From Eledone cirrhosa (lineage: Eukaryota), in assembly GCA_964016885.1 (NCBI GenBank), contig OZ024746.1:8184001-8248000 (forward strand): a DNA stretch of 64,000 nucleotides, given 5' to 3'. The notes beneath the pieces were generated by a model, which was not told where the DNA came from, ran no database searches, and was given only the letters and a program-made list of their open reading frames with translations. The position numbers and the translations under genes are program-made. Positions 12,549 to 27,500 of this stretch are shown here, one piece after another. Positions within the stretch are counted from its first letter, which is position 1; every line of letters begins with the position of its first letter.

Positions 12549-15515
12549 TATATAATTACATATGCCCATGTATCATGTGAGTTGTCTTGTGGCAATTAAA
12601 GCAAGCCAAAAATGTTCCTTTACATGTCACACTCCATGTCTTTATCGTCACACACACACACGTGTGTGTGTGTGTATGTATATATATATATATGCATACA
12701 TACACACGTGTGTGTGTTAAGATTGAAAGAACTTAAAATAGAAACCCAAAGATAAGCTTTTACATAAGGACAATAATATAACAGTGACTTCCATTTAATT
12801 AAGCAGAAGTGATTTTAATCAATGAAGAAGTTTCCATCATTAACTGATAATTGTATAAAAACTATAATCAGGACGTCTCACAAATCAATTTAGCTGAAAG
12901 CCAAATGCATTATCTGTGTATTTATGTCATATTTCTGATGTAGATAGCATTACCTCATTATTTTTACCAATACCACCACCACCATCATGATGATGTACAT
13001 TACCACGATCATCCTCCCCACCATTGTCAATTGCCATTCAAAGTCAGTCACACAACAAAGCCATCATTGTAAGATCATGTTTCAAGGAGAGGCAACCAAC
13101 AAAACAATCACTAGCTTCACCACCAAGATACTCTCATGGAAAGACCAAATGAGGTTTATTTTGGAAATAAACAAGAATTGAAATTAATGCATACAAGATT
13201 TCACAGCTCTAGCGTCACTCCTTCATATTTAGCCTATGAACTTTTTCGCCAACCTTCATATTGTATCAAATGCCAACTCCAGAAGGATGAAGGACAAAGT
13301 TGGCCTCAGCAGAATTTGAACCAACAACACAAAGAACCAGACCCTCACATTTTCCTAAGTATGGTACTCAGCCTGGCATATTTAGAACAATAGATCTGTG
13401 CTTATGCTTAATTTTTTTACTCATTTCTTCTGTATATCAGATCTATTAAACCACTGACGTTTGACAATAGTCAGTAGCAGCAATGTTTTCTTTTTCCATT
13501 GCCCATAAGAAATATTTGACAGACAGATGTGGATATTTAATCAATTAAATCAACATTAGTATTAGCAATAACATTTGTTTCATTGACATGTTCATTATGA
13601 CTCAGCTGCTGTGTAAATCTTTAAACCATTAATACTTCTAAGTCACAATTTTTTTTTTTATTGCAAAAACAAACCAAAAAAACCAGGCTTGGAAACCCAC
13701 GTGACTTATCTCTTGGGGCTTAAAATTCGCAGCATGCTCTAACACACATTTGAGAAATGAATGCCAAGTAGAAAGAAAATAATATGGCTAAACACTTGTC
13801 ATTCTCTATCTCCATTTAAACATTTCCCTCTTTGTTGATTGTTATATTACAGCTTGGCTGAATGGTTTAGAAGATCACTTGACATTCAGCCCCAGGTTCA
13901 ATCCCACTGTATGGTATCATGAGCAAACGTCCTTTATCATAGTTTGGGGTTGACCCATGCTTTGTGAGTGAAACTGGGTTGACAGCCCATTGGAGAGATT
14001 GTACCTGTAATTCAAAGAGCTAGCTTTGTCACACTGTGCCATGCTGAATCTCCCTGCTAGCATGGGTCTTCACTCACAGCATTTGGGCGTTTGTTGCTGT
14101 CTTTTATCATCTCCTTTGAATATTGATTTCATGGTTAATTGAATCAACTTCCAATAAATGATGATGTTTTAAACCTGAAGAAATGAAATAATATAGGGTG
14201 AGTCATAAGTAACCAGGTAGTCTGTATTTTTATTGCAAGATTCATAGATAATGTTTGGAACATCCACTTATTTGTGTGGGATCAGTCGGTTATATTTTTG
14301 ACTTCTTTTCTTTGATGTATTTATAATTTCATACTGTATGACCAGAATTTTAGTAAACCAGGATTTTTTTCATCAACACTGACGTGTGTGTGTGTGTGCA
14401 TATACATACATTTATATGTATGAGTATATAAATATATATGCACAAACACAGCATAGCAAATGTAATGCCAGCCGCTGTTTTACTATAGTTTTTTTTCACC
14501 ATCCCCTTCCTTTTACACGTATTGTGTGACAGATGTCACTCAAATTTATATGTAGATATCATTTGGAATGCCCAGTTACTTATGACTGTTTGATTAACCC
14601 TTTAACTACCAACCTGGCCCAAACCAGCTCTGGTTCTATGAAATAAAATCACCCATTTTAAAGGTTTCCAATTTAAATTAAAATCTTCCAGCATAATATT
14701 ATATCTAAACCTTACATTAAGTTACGATCTTAGTAATGAAATAATAATTTAAGTAAATCCCTCAAAATTCTTCATTAATTAATTAAATTATAGAGTATTT
14801 CATTAAATGAGTGACACAAAACAATAGAAAAATGTTTTATTTATAATTACTGAACATGTTGTCATGACATTATTTAATATATCTTTTACAATAGTTTTAT
14901 ATTTTTATAAAATAATCTCTTATGTGAATACAATTAATCTCTTGTTTAATCATATTTTCTGTTCAAAAATACAGAAATAATTTAAACAATTCAACAATTG
15001 AAAGGCATATAATGAGACAGAAATTTAATATTATGCTTTGCTTTTTTTTTTTTTTGCAAAGTCTACAACACATTAACTATAAGATAGTTGAATAAAATTG
15101 AGGATATAATTCCTATTCGACTTTCTTACCATTAATATGCATTGCAGTAACCTTTGCATATAAAAAAAAAAAAAGTAAGCAAAGATACTCTTAAATACAG
15201 AATTAATTTTTATATTCTCTTATGGAATACGTAATGAAGTCTTTCAGTAATTGGTTTTTAAAAAAATCATGCCCCTGTTTGTGCTTTCAATGTTGTCTGT
15301 TCATTGATGTAAATTTTCGTTATGGTCTAATTGTAATCTCTTTTATATGGAGATTATTATTATAATAATATCTCCAATGTCCCCAACTTTTTGATTTGTA
15401 AATGTTAAAGTGTTTAATTGTTAAAGTAAAATTTCATAATCAATTTTATCCGTTAATAAATGTTCTTTAAAATTTAAGTAATAATCAATGAAATTTGTGA
15501 AAAAAAAAACCCCCA

Positions 15516-18500
15516 TTAGAGCTTTACGTCTCCAAAGTTACACTGAGTCTCAATTCCTAAATTGTAAGTTGATCCACTATTCTTGTAGGCACTTGTTACA
15601 ATACGGAACCATCCTTGTTCTCCCTGAAAATAAATGGAAGTATTAAAGTTTGATATGGGTTGGTAGAGTGCAAGAACATATGTAAACAACATGCAGGCCA
15701 CCATCCTATCTGAAAGGATAGTAGCTCCAATGAGTACTGGCTTGGTCTGTGACAACCTGTTCAACACTTGATAACTGATGACTGGATGTTAAATGATGAT
15801 AAAACAAAAGAAAAAACTATTACTTGACAACCTTTCTATCGAGTCAATATGAAGGTGCATGGTTTAGTAGTTAGGGTGTTTGGCTCACAATCTTAAAGTT
15901 GTGGGTTTGATTTCTGGTGGAACATTGTGCCCTTGAACAAGATTTATTTCAAGTTGCTCTAGTCTATCAATTCTACCAGTGATGCAAAGGGCCAGCATTG
16001 CCACACTTTGTATCAGGAAAAATTTCTTTGAAACTATGTTAAGGGTACTTATGTCTGGAATACTCAGCCACTTGCATGTTAACTTCATGAGCAGGCTGGT
16101 CAGACATCTGAAACATTTGTTGCCAGGGCTAACGGAGGCCCAACACACAACAAATAAACAATGCAAAATCTACATTTTATTGTGTAAAGTTTAAACCTTA
16201 TAATACGAAACCATGTGAAACTGTTCTTGGTTCTACGATACAAAACTGTATCTATTTATCTACAAACATTCCATCATAATTTTATGTAAGAACCTTTCTT
16301 AAGTTAGGTTACAAACACAAGTTTAATAATGAGAAAGTTAGTTATATGACTATATGACTAAATACCTCCAAATTCTTGATTATTTTCAAAATTATTTGAA
16401 AATCCTATGCAGTGTTTTTCACTAGAAATATGGAATATTTGTGATATAGAGTATGTTGTAAAAAACACACTATTCCCTTAACACATGAGTGAACAATGAC
16501 AGGTTGACAATTATGACAAAAAGAAAAGGTAAATTTACCAACAGATCAAAATTATAACAAAAACAACCATAGCTGGCAGAACTGAACATTAATTTCAAAA
16601 GGTCATGGCAAAAATTACAAAAATGAGGTAAAAAAGAAGAGCTAAAGAAAAACGTTGGTGGCAAGTATTGAATACAGTCTCAACAGATTAAATAAAATAT
16701 TTAAAACATTAAAAATAAATACATATATATAGTGTTTTATCATCACATAAAAAATATAAGATTAAATAGAAATACATACACTCGCGTCCCAAATAATAGG
16801 AAGGAGAGGGGGGATCGGTCATTTTCTAGGTTGTCTCCCTTGAAATTTTTTAAAACTCGAATTAGTCGTTTAGTTTACATAGAGACCCCAACCCATTCTA
16901 TTTATTTTATAACGTTTGGGATTTCTAGTAATGTACTTTTATTTGTCATGTATAATTTTTTTTTAATCACTAAAGAAAATTGTTGCAGGAATGCTACCAC
17001 TTAAAATAAAATTTCGCCAAAATAGATTAGCATAATTTAATAAGCAGAGTGGAGACGATTTTTCGAGACCCGAGAGTCCATATAATTATTGTTAGGAACC
17101 TATATAAGACACAAAAATATATAATGTGGGGAGGGGGGGGGGGATTTATTCCTCCTGCAACCACTATTACTTCTCCCTCTTTCTTTTAAAAATCGTTTTT
17201 GTTTTTTCCTTTCTACAAATCCCTCACCTATCGATTAGAGTTACTGCCATTACTTTTACTAGTTTCCAAAAATTTTAATCTTTTTTATTATTATTATTAT
17301 AGATTGGCAGTATCGGTAGAGCGTCGGCCTTGTGGCATATAGTTACGTTGTGAGTTTAAATCACACCGAGGTTAGCTTTACCTTTTATCCTTACAGGGTC
17401 GATAAAATAAAGTACCAGTTATGCACTGGGGTCGATTTACCCCCCCCCCCCCATTTTTGGCCTTGTGCCTAAATCTGAAACCATTATTATTGAGCTGAAT
17501 TGTTAGATAAAATGTCTTGGAGTATTTTATTCTGGAGGAAGGGCATCCAACTATAAAACATTGACTCAAAAATGTCTGTCAAACCTATGCCAGCATGTTG
17601 ATATAATATATATAGTAGGCAGAGAGCTACTCCCACTGTTGACCACAAAAGGTTTCTCTCTATGTACAAAAGGACGACTGTATGATGCCAGTGGGCAAAG
17701 TGTGATGCTGCATGGTAACGAAACATAGGCTATGACTGCAAAAGACATGCGAAGACTGGAGAGAAAGGAAGGAACCATGCTCCATTGGATGGATGAGCTG
17801 AGGGAGAAACTAGGTTTAAGAGGAATCTGAGGCGGTGTGTAGGAGATAAAACTGCATTAATACGGATATGTGATGATCGATGGGCGAAGAAGTGGAAGGA
17901 AGCTACGGTAGAGGTAGACCAAAGAGGATTTGGGCAGAGGTGGTGAGAGCTGACCTCAAATCACTGAAATTTACAGAGGAGATGACAAAGGAATACAGAG
18001 ATGCTGTATTGAGAAGGACCCATCCAACTCATGCAAGCATGGGAAATGGATGTAGTGATGATGATGATGGTGATAGTGATAGGATGAATAGTTATCGCTC
18101 GATGAACAAGCAAACCTCATTTTTAATATACAATTTTTATTCATTTTCAAGTAGAAAGTTATCTCCAGTCAGCCTATAAATGGCTTTTAAGTCCAAACAT
18201 GTATATAACAATCAATGACATTTTTTTATGTTCTACTGGAATACAACTGTGGGCTGTTAAAGGCTGCTTTTTTCCTGGTAGAAATTGAACTTAGTACTGC
18301 CAGCCAATGAACTATATCCCTGCCAATTTTACAGCTGGGAACTGTACTAGCCATGTTAATAAAAAAAATCTTTGGGTTGATTCAGCTGTTGAGAGATACA
18401 TTTTTTGGCCATCAATCATACTTCAATTTTGACAAGACACAAACTGTTGACTTCACAACAGGTTGTCTGCTATTTTATTGAATCAGTCAGCCATGACAGT

Positions 18501-21500
18501 GGATGGTGGAAGACAGTGGATGGTGGAAGACAGAACAGATCATTAAATGGTGTTGGTTCCAATCCCAAGAGTTCCAGCTGATTTGATCAACAGAACAGCC
18601 CACTAGTGAAATTTATATGCAAATGACTGAACATTCCAGATATACACACCTTTAACATAGTTTTGAGGGCCCTTTCAATTACAAAGTACAACACATCTTT
18701 GCCAGCTGAGTAGACCGGGGCATCATAGAATTAAGTATTTTGTTCAAAGACAACATATCATTAGTAATTGATCTGACAACTTTACAAAGGTAAAGTAGAA
18801 CACTTTAACCACTAAATAACAAACATTCATCACCAGACTAATAGCAGTAGTGTTGCATTTGTTCTATTATTCCAAACTTTATAGTTTTTTTCTTTAAAAG
18901 TCCCAAACAAGGCGTGAAGCCATGTAGTGTAGGGGACTGTGAAGAAGGGGACATTAAGACAAAAGGAATGAATTTACATCAGACTTGAAAGATTTTAGTT
19001 TATAAGGAGGAGGAAAACAATGAGATGGAAGAGAGTTCCAAAGTTGAACTCTGGTCAGTGTAGAGATTAGCTTTCACCCTTCCTCTGATCATTAAGTACT
19101 AGGCATTTACAGCCGGTTGATTTAATTAATATATAACATACTAGCTGAATGACCCGGCCTTTCTTGGGTTACTGCTGTTCTTATTCAAATTAGTAAATAA
19201 TAAATATGAAGATCTTGAAGCACCTCAGGGTAAACAATATTCATTGTGTAATTTTTTGTTGGTGTCCAGAAGAATAAACTGTTGCTGCTTCCAACTCGTG
19301 AGCAACCAACATAGAGTTGACCGTGGAAGAAACGTAGTAGAAAGACCAAGTCCAACTACCTTGAGGGTTTGACCCTGAGATTTGTTAATTGAAATAACAA
19401 AACTTAGTTTGACTGGAAATTGAAGCCTCTTAAATTCAAATGGAACAGCTGTAGTTATGAGAGGAATTTTTAGAATAAAGACATTTTTTTTTCAATATTG
19501 TAAACAAATAAGTATCAACATCCATTATCCTTTTTGCATGGAGTGTAAATTAACCAAATATAAGCAAATGTGTTAACTGCCACATACACTCACACAACAT
19601 ACACTCACACAACATACACTTATAAAAAATACACACCAACATACATTCATACAAACACACACAATTTCACCTGCAGCGTTTCATTATAAAACACACACAC
19701 ACATACATTCTCACATACACTCACACACATTCTTATCAGTCATCATATGTGTAGATGTGTGTGTGTGTGTTTAATTCTCAGTGTATCTGATTAAATATTT
19801 ACATGATGATGTATGTAACTTACTAAGGCCTAACGTACGTAACAAATGCGTAAACACACACACACTCATAAATACATACACACTCATATATATACAAAAT
19901 GTGACGTTTTCATCGTCATCAGTGTTATAAAATGTCTGTTTTATAGTTATCATGTTATATTGTTTTAATCCAAATGAAAATAAAAATTACATGTTAATCC
20001 CAGGGTCTAATTGTAAAATTTGATTTGATTTGGTTGAGCCATTTGAGAATGCATAAGGAATAGACAGACAGAGACAAAGAACTTTATATATATATATAGA
20101 CAAGCATTTAATCTCAATGAAATACATTTGTAATTTCTTACCCAAAATGATCCCCAAGAATTTCTGCTAATCCAGTATTCAATACCAGTATTGGGATCAA
20201 CACCCCAACCAACAACGGATATTATATGGTTTATCTGAAATGCAATATCACACGATATAATGGCACTGTCACGTGGAAGGTATACTGAATAAACATTAAA
20301 TCATAACAAACATTGTGTATATGAAGTCGATCTCTCAGACTTTTAGATCTCACTTATTTAAATATCAAAATACATGCGAGATCTTTCCTTTTCCTCACTA
20401 ATCCTCTCCATTACAGATAGATCTCACTTATTTGAATCATCATCATCATCATCATTTTACATCCGCTTTTCCCTGCTTGCAAGGGTGGGATGGGAACTGA
20501 TTCTGGCTTGATTTCTACAGCTGGATGCCCTTCCTAACACCAACCTCATTTACAGTGAGTGCTGGGTGCTTTTTTGCCGTGGCACCTCCACGACCACTTT
20601 GCAGTGGAATGATAGGGACCCCAGTCCCTATCATCTCATTTCTACAGCTGAGTAAACTGGAGCAATGTGAAATAAAGTGTCTTGCTCAAGGAAACAACAC
20701 ATCACCCGGTCTGAGAATTGAACTCACAACCTTTCGATTGCAAGGCCAATGCTCTAACCACTAAAATGAATTTTATTTTTTCATAATAGACATTCCTGAG
20801 CAATAGATTGTTACAGTTTTTTTTCAGGTAATTCTCAACAAAACAGAAGATATTTATATTACAAACTAGTTTACTCAGGGGATACCATCAGCATCTTCTG
20901 TCATAGTGTGTAACTGAGGGTGTGTGCATGTCTATTTTTTTTTATTTATTTACTTTGACAAATTTTTATTTTTTATTAATTTATTTCTTTTGTAAATCAT
21001 ATTCATTATATAAGTTGTATCTGTATTCAAAAGAAATAGATTGACAAAAAAAAAACAAAAAAACGAAAACATTAACAAAAAAAAAAAAACAAACAAAAAA
21101 AAAAAATGGCATGTATTTTAGTAAAAATCTTTCAATGAAATTGTCTTATAGTACTTGTTTTTACCATGAACTGTTTAACCGTTTTGATACTTAACTGGTC
21201 ATCGTTCTATAACACTATGTTGTTTGTATGAATTTATAAACCTGTAGCTACTGATGGAATCAAAGAGGTACAGTGATGGTGATGACATACAGTATCTCTT
21301 GGGTATTTTAAATCTAGTGGAGTCCATTTCCTCCTCAAGTCACATCTGAACACAGATGATTTCTGAGAGAGAGAGAGAGAGGAAGTGAAGAAGAATCAAC
21401 CCTAGTAGTGGACTAGTACTTTTTTATTGACCTCAAAAGGATGAAAAGCAAAGTTGGCCTCGATGGGATTTGATCTCAGAATGCAGAAAGCCAGAACTAT

Positions 21501-24500
21501 TGTAAATCCTGCTATTCAACATTTTAACAACTCTACCAATTCAACATCTACTATGCTGTTTATATTTATCTAAAACATTCCATCAGAATTTTCTGCAAGA
21601 GCCTTTGTTAAGTTATGTTCCAACCATCAACTTAGTAATGAGAAAGTAGGTTATATTACTACATCTCAGCAATTCCAAAATTATTTGAAAATCAGAGGTA
21701 GTGTCTGTCATTAGAAATATGACAATGAAAGGATTAAGGTCCAATGTGATCAAGTGGTTAGGGTGATAACTCTTTTGTAATTTTTGCCATGATCCTTTGA
21801 AATTAATGTTCAGTTCTGCCAACTGTGGTTGTTTTTGTTATAATTTTGATCTCTTAGTAAATTTACCTTTTCTTTTTGTCATAATTGACAACCTGTCATT
21901 GTTCACCCATGTGTTAAGGGAATAGTGTGTTTTTACAACATATTGTAAATCACAATTCTTCTATAGGATTAAGTAGATCACATTTTAACCCTTTCATTTC
22001 CAAATTTCTAGTGAAAAATACTGCTTGAAAATAATCAAGAATTTGGAGGTATTTAGTCATATAGTAATATAACTTTCTCATTATTAAACTTGAGTTTGAT
22101 TGTACAGTTCTATGATCAATGACATATTCTAAACAAAGTATATCTAAGACTACATTATCTAACATATCCTTCCATTTTAAAGACAGTACAATGGAGATTT
22201 AAGAGAGGTCTGGTTGCTGTTTTTAGTAAATTGAGTAACTGTACAGACAACAACAACAATGAAGGTGCATGGCTTAGGGGTTAGAGCATTGGGCTTGCAA
22301 TCGAAAGGTTGTGAGTTCAATTCTCGGACCGGGTGATGTGTTGTTTCCTTGAGCAAGACACTTTATTTCACGTTGCTCCAGTTTACACAGCTGTAGAAAT
22401 GAAATGATAGGACTGGGGTCCCTACCATTAAATTACCCAAGACACCTCCGAGATATACCTTGGAGGAGGCCAGCTAAACCTTCATAGGTGTGATCTGTAA
22501 CAACAACAGAGGTTGCCTCATTGGTCTGATCTCTTACTAGAAGAATTAAGAGATTGTGTTATTCCCTTTGACCGAAGATGTTACTGCCAGAAATCTGGAA
22601 AATCCACTGCTCTGGATGACATAAATATATTTTGTGAGAGTGCCAAATGCAAGGATATTATTGTTAGATAAAAATATGACACTAAAATATTTTAACTCTT
22701 GTAATGGTTTAAGCAGAAAATATCTAAAATAAGTTTGTTAATTGAAATGTTTACAGTATTTTTACAAGTGGATAGATTGTTGTGAAAATTTGCAGTAAAC
22801 TAAAGTAAAGACTAATTTATTAATGTAATGCAGTTATACTGATATCTTATACATTTCAAGAATGTTTTTCTCATGCGGTTTCATGCGGTACAGGATGTTA
22901 AAAGGTAAAATGTAGTATTTTACTCCAACATTGAATAAAATACTACATACACTTTAGCATTTAAACTGGTTGTATCTGGCCAGAATTCTCTCACCTCTTT
23001 CTGTTTAAACCAGCCATAACTGGCCACTCATACTGATATTAGGGCATTGCTCTCAAAATAAATAATAATATCAAAATCTCTTAGATTATGTGAGATAAAG
23101 CTTTTACTGTGAAAATACAATAGTATATATAGAGTAATGCAAATACTAAAGCGTTAAGTTTTATAAAATCAAAATGTTAAAAAGTAGTAGTGAAGAATGG
23201 CGGTGCCCCAGCATCGCTATTAGCCTGTCGGCTGGAACATGTAATAAAATAATAATACACACCATTATTTGTTCATTATATTCTTTGTACACACCACCGG
23301 TATAATTGTCAAATAATTCTGTAACCATTATTCCACAGCTTAATATAGGAAAATAAAAGAAGAATTTAAAAAATAATGGAAAATCTAAAGTAAATGGAAA
23401 AACAAATAAGATAGAACATACTTCACTGAGGAGGTCTAAGATTAAAACATGTTCATTGAAGTAAAGTTAAAGGTTATGATTAAAAAGATCTTTGAAGTAT
23501 TTATAAACACCATGTATAGTTAAGTTGATAAAATGTACCCAGTACACTCTGTAAAGTCATTGCCAATTGAATGGAGACAGTATAGGGTAGACAAGATTTA
23601 TCAGTCTGGCAGAGCAGAAAAAACTTCTTTAGTACTGGGGCCACAACAAAATGCACCGACTACACTCTGTAAAGTTGTAATACTGGTGTCACAATAAAAT
23701 ACACCCAGTACATTCTGTAATGAGGTAGTCATGGTGCTGCAATAAAAAGTACTTAGTACACTCTGTAAAGTGGTTGGTGTTAGGACAGTCATCCAGCAAT
23801 AGAAACTATGTAGAAAATATGGAATGTTTGAACACAGTCCTAATATGTACAAGGTAGGGTGCAGCCAATTGGCTAGACCTCTCTCATAATTGGACCACCT
23901 AGTTCCACACAATGAATGTGGTTGGCAGTAGGAAGGGCATCCTGGAGCCATAAAAACTAGTTGTGGTTCTCCAACTAGTTTAATTTTTTACCATGATGAC
24001 CTGTCCAATGCATTTCAGACATAAATCATTATATGATAAGAAACAGTAGAATACGGCACCAACCCAACTATGACAGGTAAGAGTCCAAGAAAATCTCATA
24101 CCCATTTTTAAAACTTAGGTGAATCGAGCTGGGAGAAATTTTAAAGTGATTCCTTGACCTGCTAGAAACAGAAGCTATATCTCCCCCAGAACAAATCCTA
24201 CTTTCTAAACACCCTCCCTTTACACTGTAAGTCAAATTTCACCAGGGTTGACATTTCCAAAATTTTAAACCTTGTCTGTGGCAGTAGACCGATAGAGCTA
24301 TTAGAGAAGGGGTCTCAAACATACGGCCCTTCACAGAACAATTTTTGTGACTAATATTTTCCTAAAACTTGGTAATTTCTACCCGTTTTGATAATATATA
24401 TTCATAATTGTTTCTATTTTTGGCACAAGGCCAGCAATTATCCAGTACATTACTGGTACTTTATTTTATCGACCCCGTAAGGATGAAAGGCAAAGTTGAC

Positions 24501-27500
24501 CTCGGCGGGATTTGAACTCAGAATAGAAAGGGCCGTAACTATGCGTCAAAGCATGGCATCCGACCCTCTACCGATACTGCCAATCCACCGCCCTCTATTT
24601 ATAATAAATAATAAAAAGCACCCAGTCAACACTGAAAATGTGGTTGGTGTTAAGAAGGGCATCCAGCCATAGAAACGAAGCCAGAAACGATCTGTAAGCA
24701 AGACACAGTCACCTGACCTGACTTATCTCACAACAGTACAACTTGTCTAACACATGCTGGTGTGGAAAATAGACATTAAACCATGATGATGATGTATGAG
24801 ATATCATCCAATAAGGGGGTCAAAGAGCAAAAGAAGGCCATATGCAGTGAATGAGTTTAGTCATGAGTTTAGTCATGAGTTTAGTAAGATAAGAAAAACA
24901 CAAGTCAGAAGTCAAAGATAGAGAAACAACAGCTAGATATCACCACCATCACCATGGCATCTTCAGCAAGTTCATTAGGGCCCAGGTTCAATCCAATCCC
25001 ATGATATCTTTAGCAAATGACATTTATTATAAACTCAGGTCTGACCTACACTTTGTGAGTGAAATTGAATAAAAGGAAATTATTTGGAAGTCCATCAGAT
25101 CAATTCTACCTGTAATTCAAAGGGTCAACCTAGTCACACACTGTGTCATGCTGAATCTCATGCTGCATTAACAGTACACATGTCTATCACTTAGCCACTT
25201 ACATGTTAATTTCAAGGGTGGGCCATTCTGTTGATCAAACAACTGTTACATTGTCAAAACCAACAGAGGTCCATTCCTAGTATAAAAAAAATATTACTTA
25301 AAAAGAACAAAACAAATAAAAACAAAAAACACACTATATTTACCTGATAGGGCCTTTTTTAAATATTTCTGCTTTCATATTCTTCAATCCAGAAATGCTG
25401 CCATAGTCACCAACATACCAAATTGTGTAATTCTGGATAGGGGCACATACCCCAAAGGTTGTACATGTTCCACATCTGTTAAATTTGGGGCATTCTGTGA
25501 ATTAACAAACAAAATATTAATCAATGTATGTGAATGTATGTGTGTATGTGAGTGTGTGTGGGTGTGTGTATGTGAGTATGTGTGTGTATGTGAGTATGTG
25601 TGTGTATGTGAGTGTGTATGCATGTGTTTGTATGTGTGTGTGTTAACATATGCATGTATGTCCCCATAACTGTTGAAGGAGTCGTTGCAGCGCTGTTTTG
25701 ACATACAACCTTTCTTGGGCATTTTTAAACCTGGTGGAGCCCATCTCCTCTCCAGGTCTGAATACAGCAGATTTCTTTCAGAGAATAAAATAGAGAGTGA
25801 GAGAATGGAAGTGAGAAAGAGATAAAGAGGAAGAATCGACCCCACTACTTGACTGGTACTTTTTTTTTTACCAACCTCAAAAGGATGAAAGGTAAAGTTG
25901 ACTAAAGTTGACTTCAACAGGATTTGAACTCAAGAGTGGCGAGAGCTGAAATGAATACCACAAAACATTCTGACATTCAAATAACTCTGCAAATTTGCCA
26001 CCTGTGTCAACATATACACATATTCATATACACACATATATATACATTTATATACATACGCACATACACCTGTCACTTAAGTCTATCAGATTTTCAATTG
26101 TAAAATTAACAAATGCTGTGTTGTTAGTCACAACCAGACAAACATTTATATACACACATACACCTGTCACTTAAGTCTATCAGATTTTTAGTCATAACCA
26201 CACAAACATTTATTGAATTGATAGGATTTAAAATTTCACTTTTTAAATCCAATTTTAATAATACATTTAAGTGGTTGGTGGTAGGAAGGACACACAGCTG
26301 TAGAAAATCTACCAAATGAAGGGTCAAGAGGAATCTTCAGTTGTGTCAAAAACATGACAAACTCCTTAACATTGATACCACAATAAAATGCAGTTGGTAG
26401 AGTGCTGGAACCTATATAATTGAGATGTGGGCGCCTGGCCCATCTGAGAAATCTGAATTAGAGAACCATGTCTCACCGTATGTTCCATTTTAGCAAAGTT
26501 TCTATGACTGGATTGTCTTCTTAACACCACCCATTTTACAGAGTGTACTAGGTGCTTATTATTGTGGCACCAGCACTAGAGAAGTTGTTATGTCATCAAT
26601 AAGATTAAAGATTCTCTAAAATGTTGTTTTCTATGTTCGCTTGTCAACCAATTTACAGAGTGAACTGAGAGCATTTTATCATGACACCAATACTAAAGAG
26701 GTAGTCTTATCCTCTCTATGAAGTCTCCATTCCTTCAGGGCAAACATGATTGGGAGTGTGAATAGAAAGTAAGTCATAACCAAGAGTTTGAAGTAGGAAA
26801 TAGAGTGATAGGATTGTATGGGTTAGGAAAAGGGCTGTGGTAACCTCATGGTTGTTAGGAAGGGAAAGGGGCCATGGTAATCACACGGCTGTTAGGAAGG
26901 GAAAGGAGCCATGGTAATCACATGGTTGTTAGGAAGGAAAAGGGGCCATGGTAATCACATGGTTGTTAGGAAGGGCAAGGGGCCATGGTAATCACACGGC
27001 TGTTAGGAAGGGAAAGGGGCCATGGTAATCACATGGCTGTTAGGAAGGGAAAGGGGCCATGGTAATCACATGGTTGTTAGGAAGGAAAAGGGGCCATGGT
27101 AATCACATGGTTGTTAGGAAGGAAAAGGGGCCATGGTAATCACATGGTTGTTAGGAAGGGAAAGGGGCCATAGTAATCACACGGTTGTTAGGAAGGAAAA
27201 GGGGCCATGGTAATCACACGGCTGTTAGGAAGGGAAAGGGGCCATGGTAATCACATGGTTGTTAGGAAGGGAAAGGGGCCATGGTAATCACATGGTTGTT
27301 AGGAAGGTAAAGGGTCCATGGTAATCACATGGTTGTTAGGAAGGTAAAGGGGCCATAGTAATCACATGGTTGTTAGGAAGGTAAAGGGGCCATAGTAATC
27401 ACATGGTTGTTAGGAAGGTAAAGGGTCCATGGTAATCACATGGTTGTTAGGAAGGTAAAGGGTCCATGGTAATCACATGGTTGTTAGGAAGGGAAAGGGT

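Noticed and set aside
22261-22335. tRNA genes at SINE heads (also 15851, 45237 and others)
   Set aside because: A and B boxes are present but there is no complete cloverleaf, and they continue into SINE bodies.
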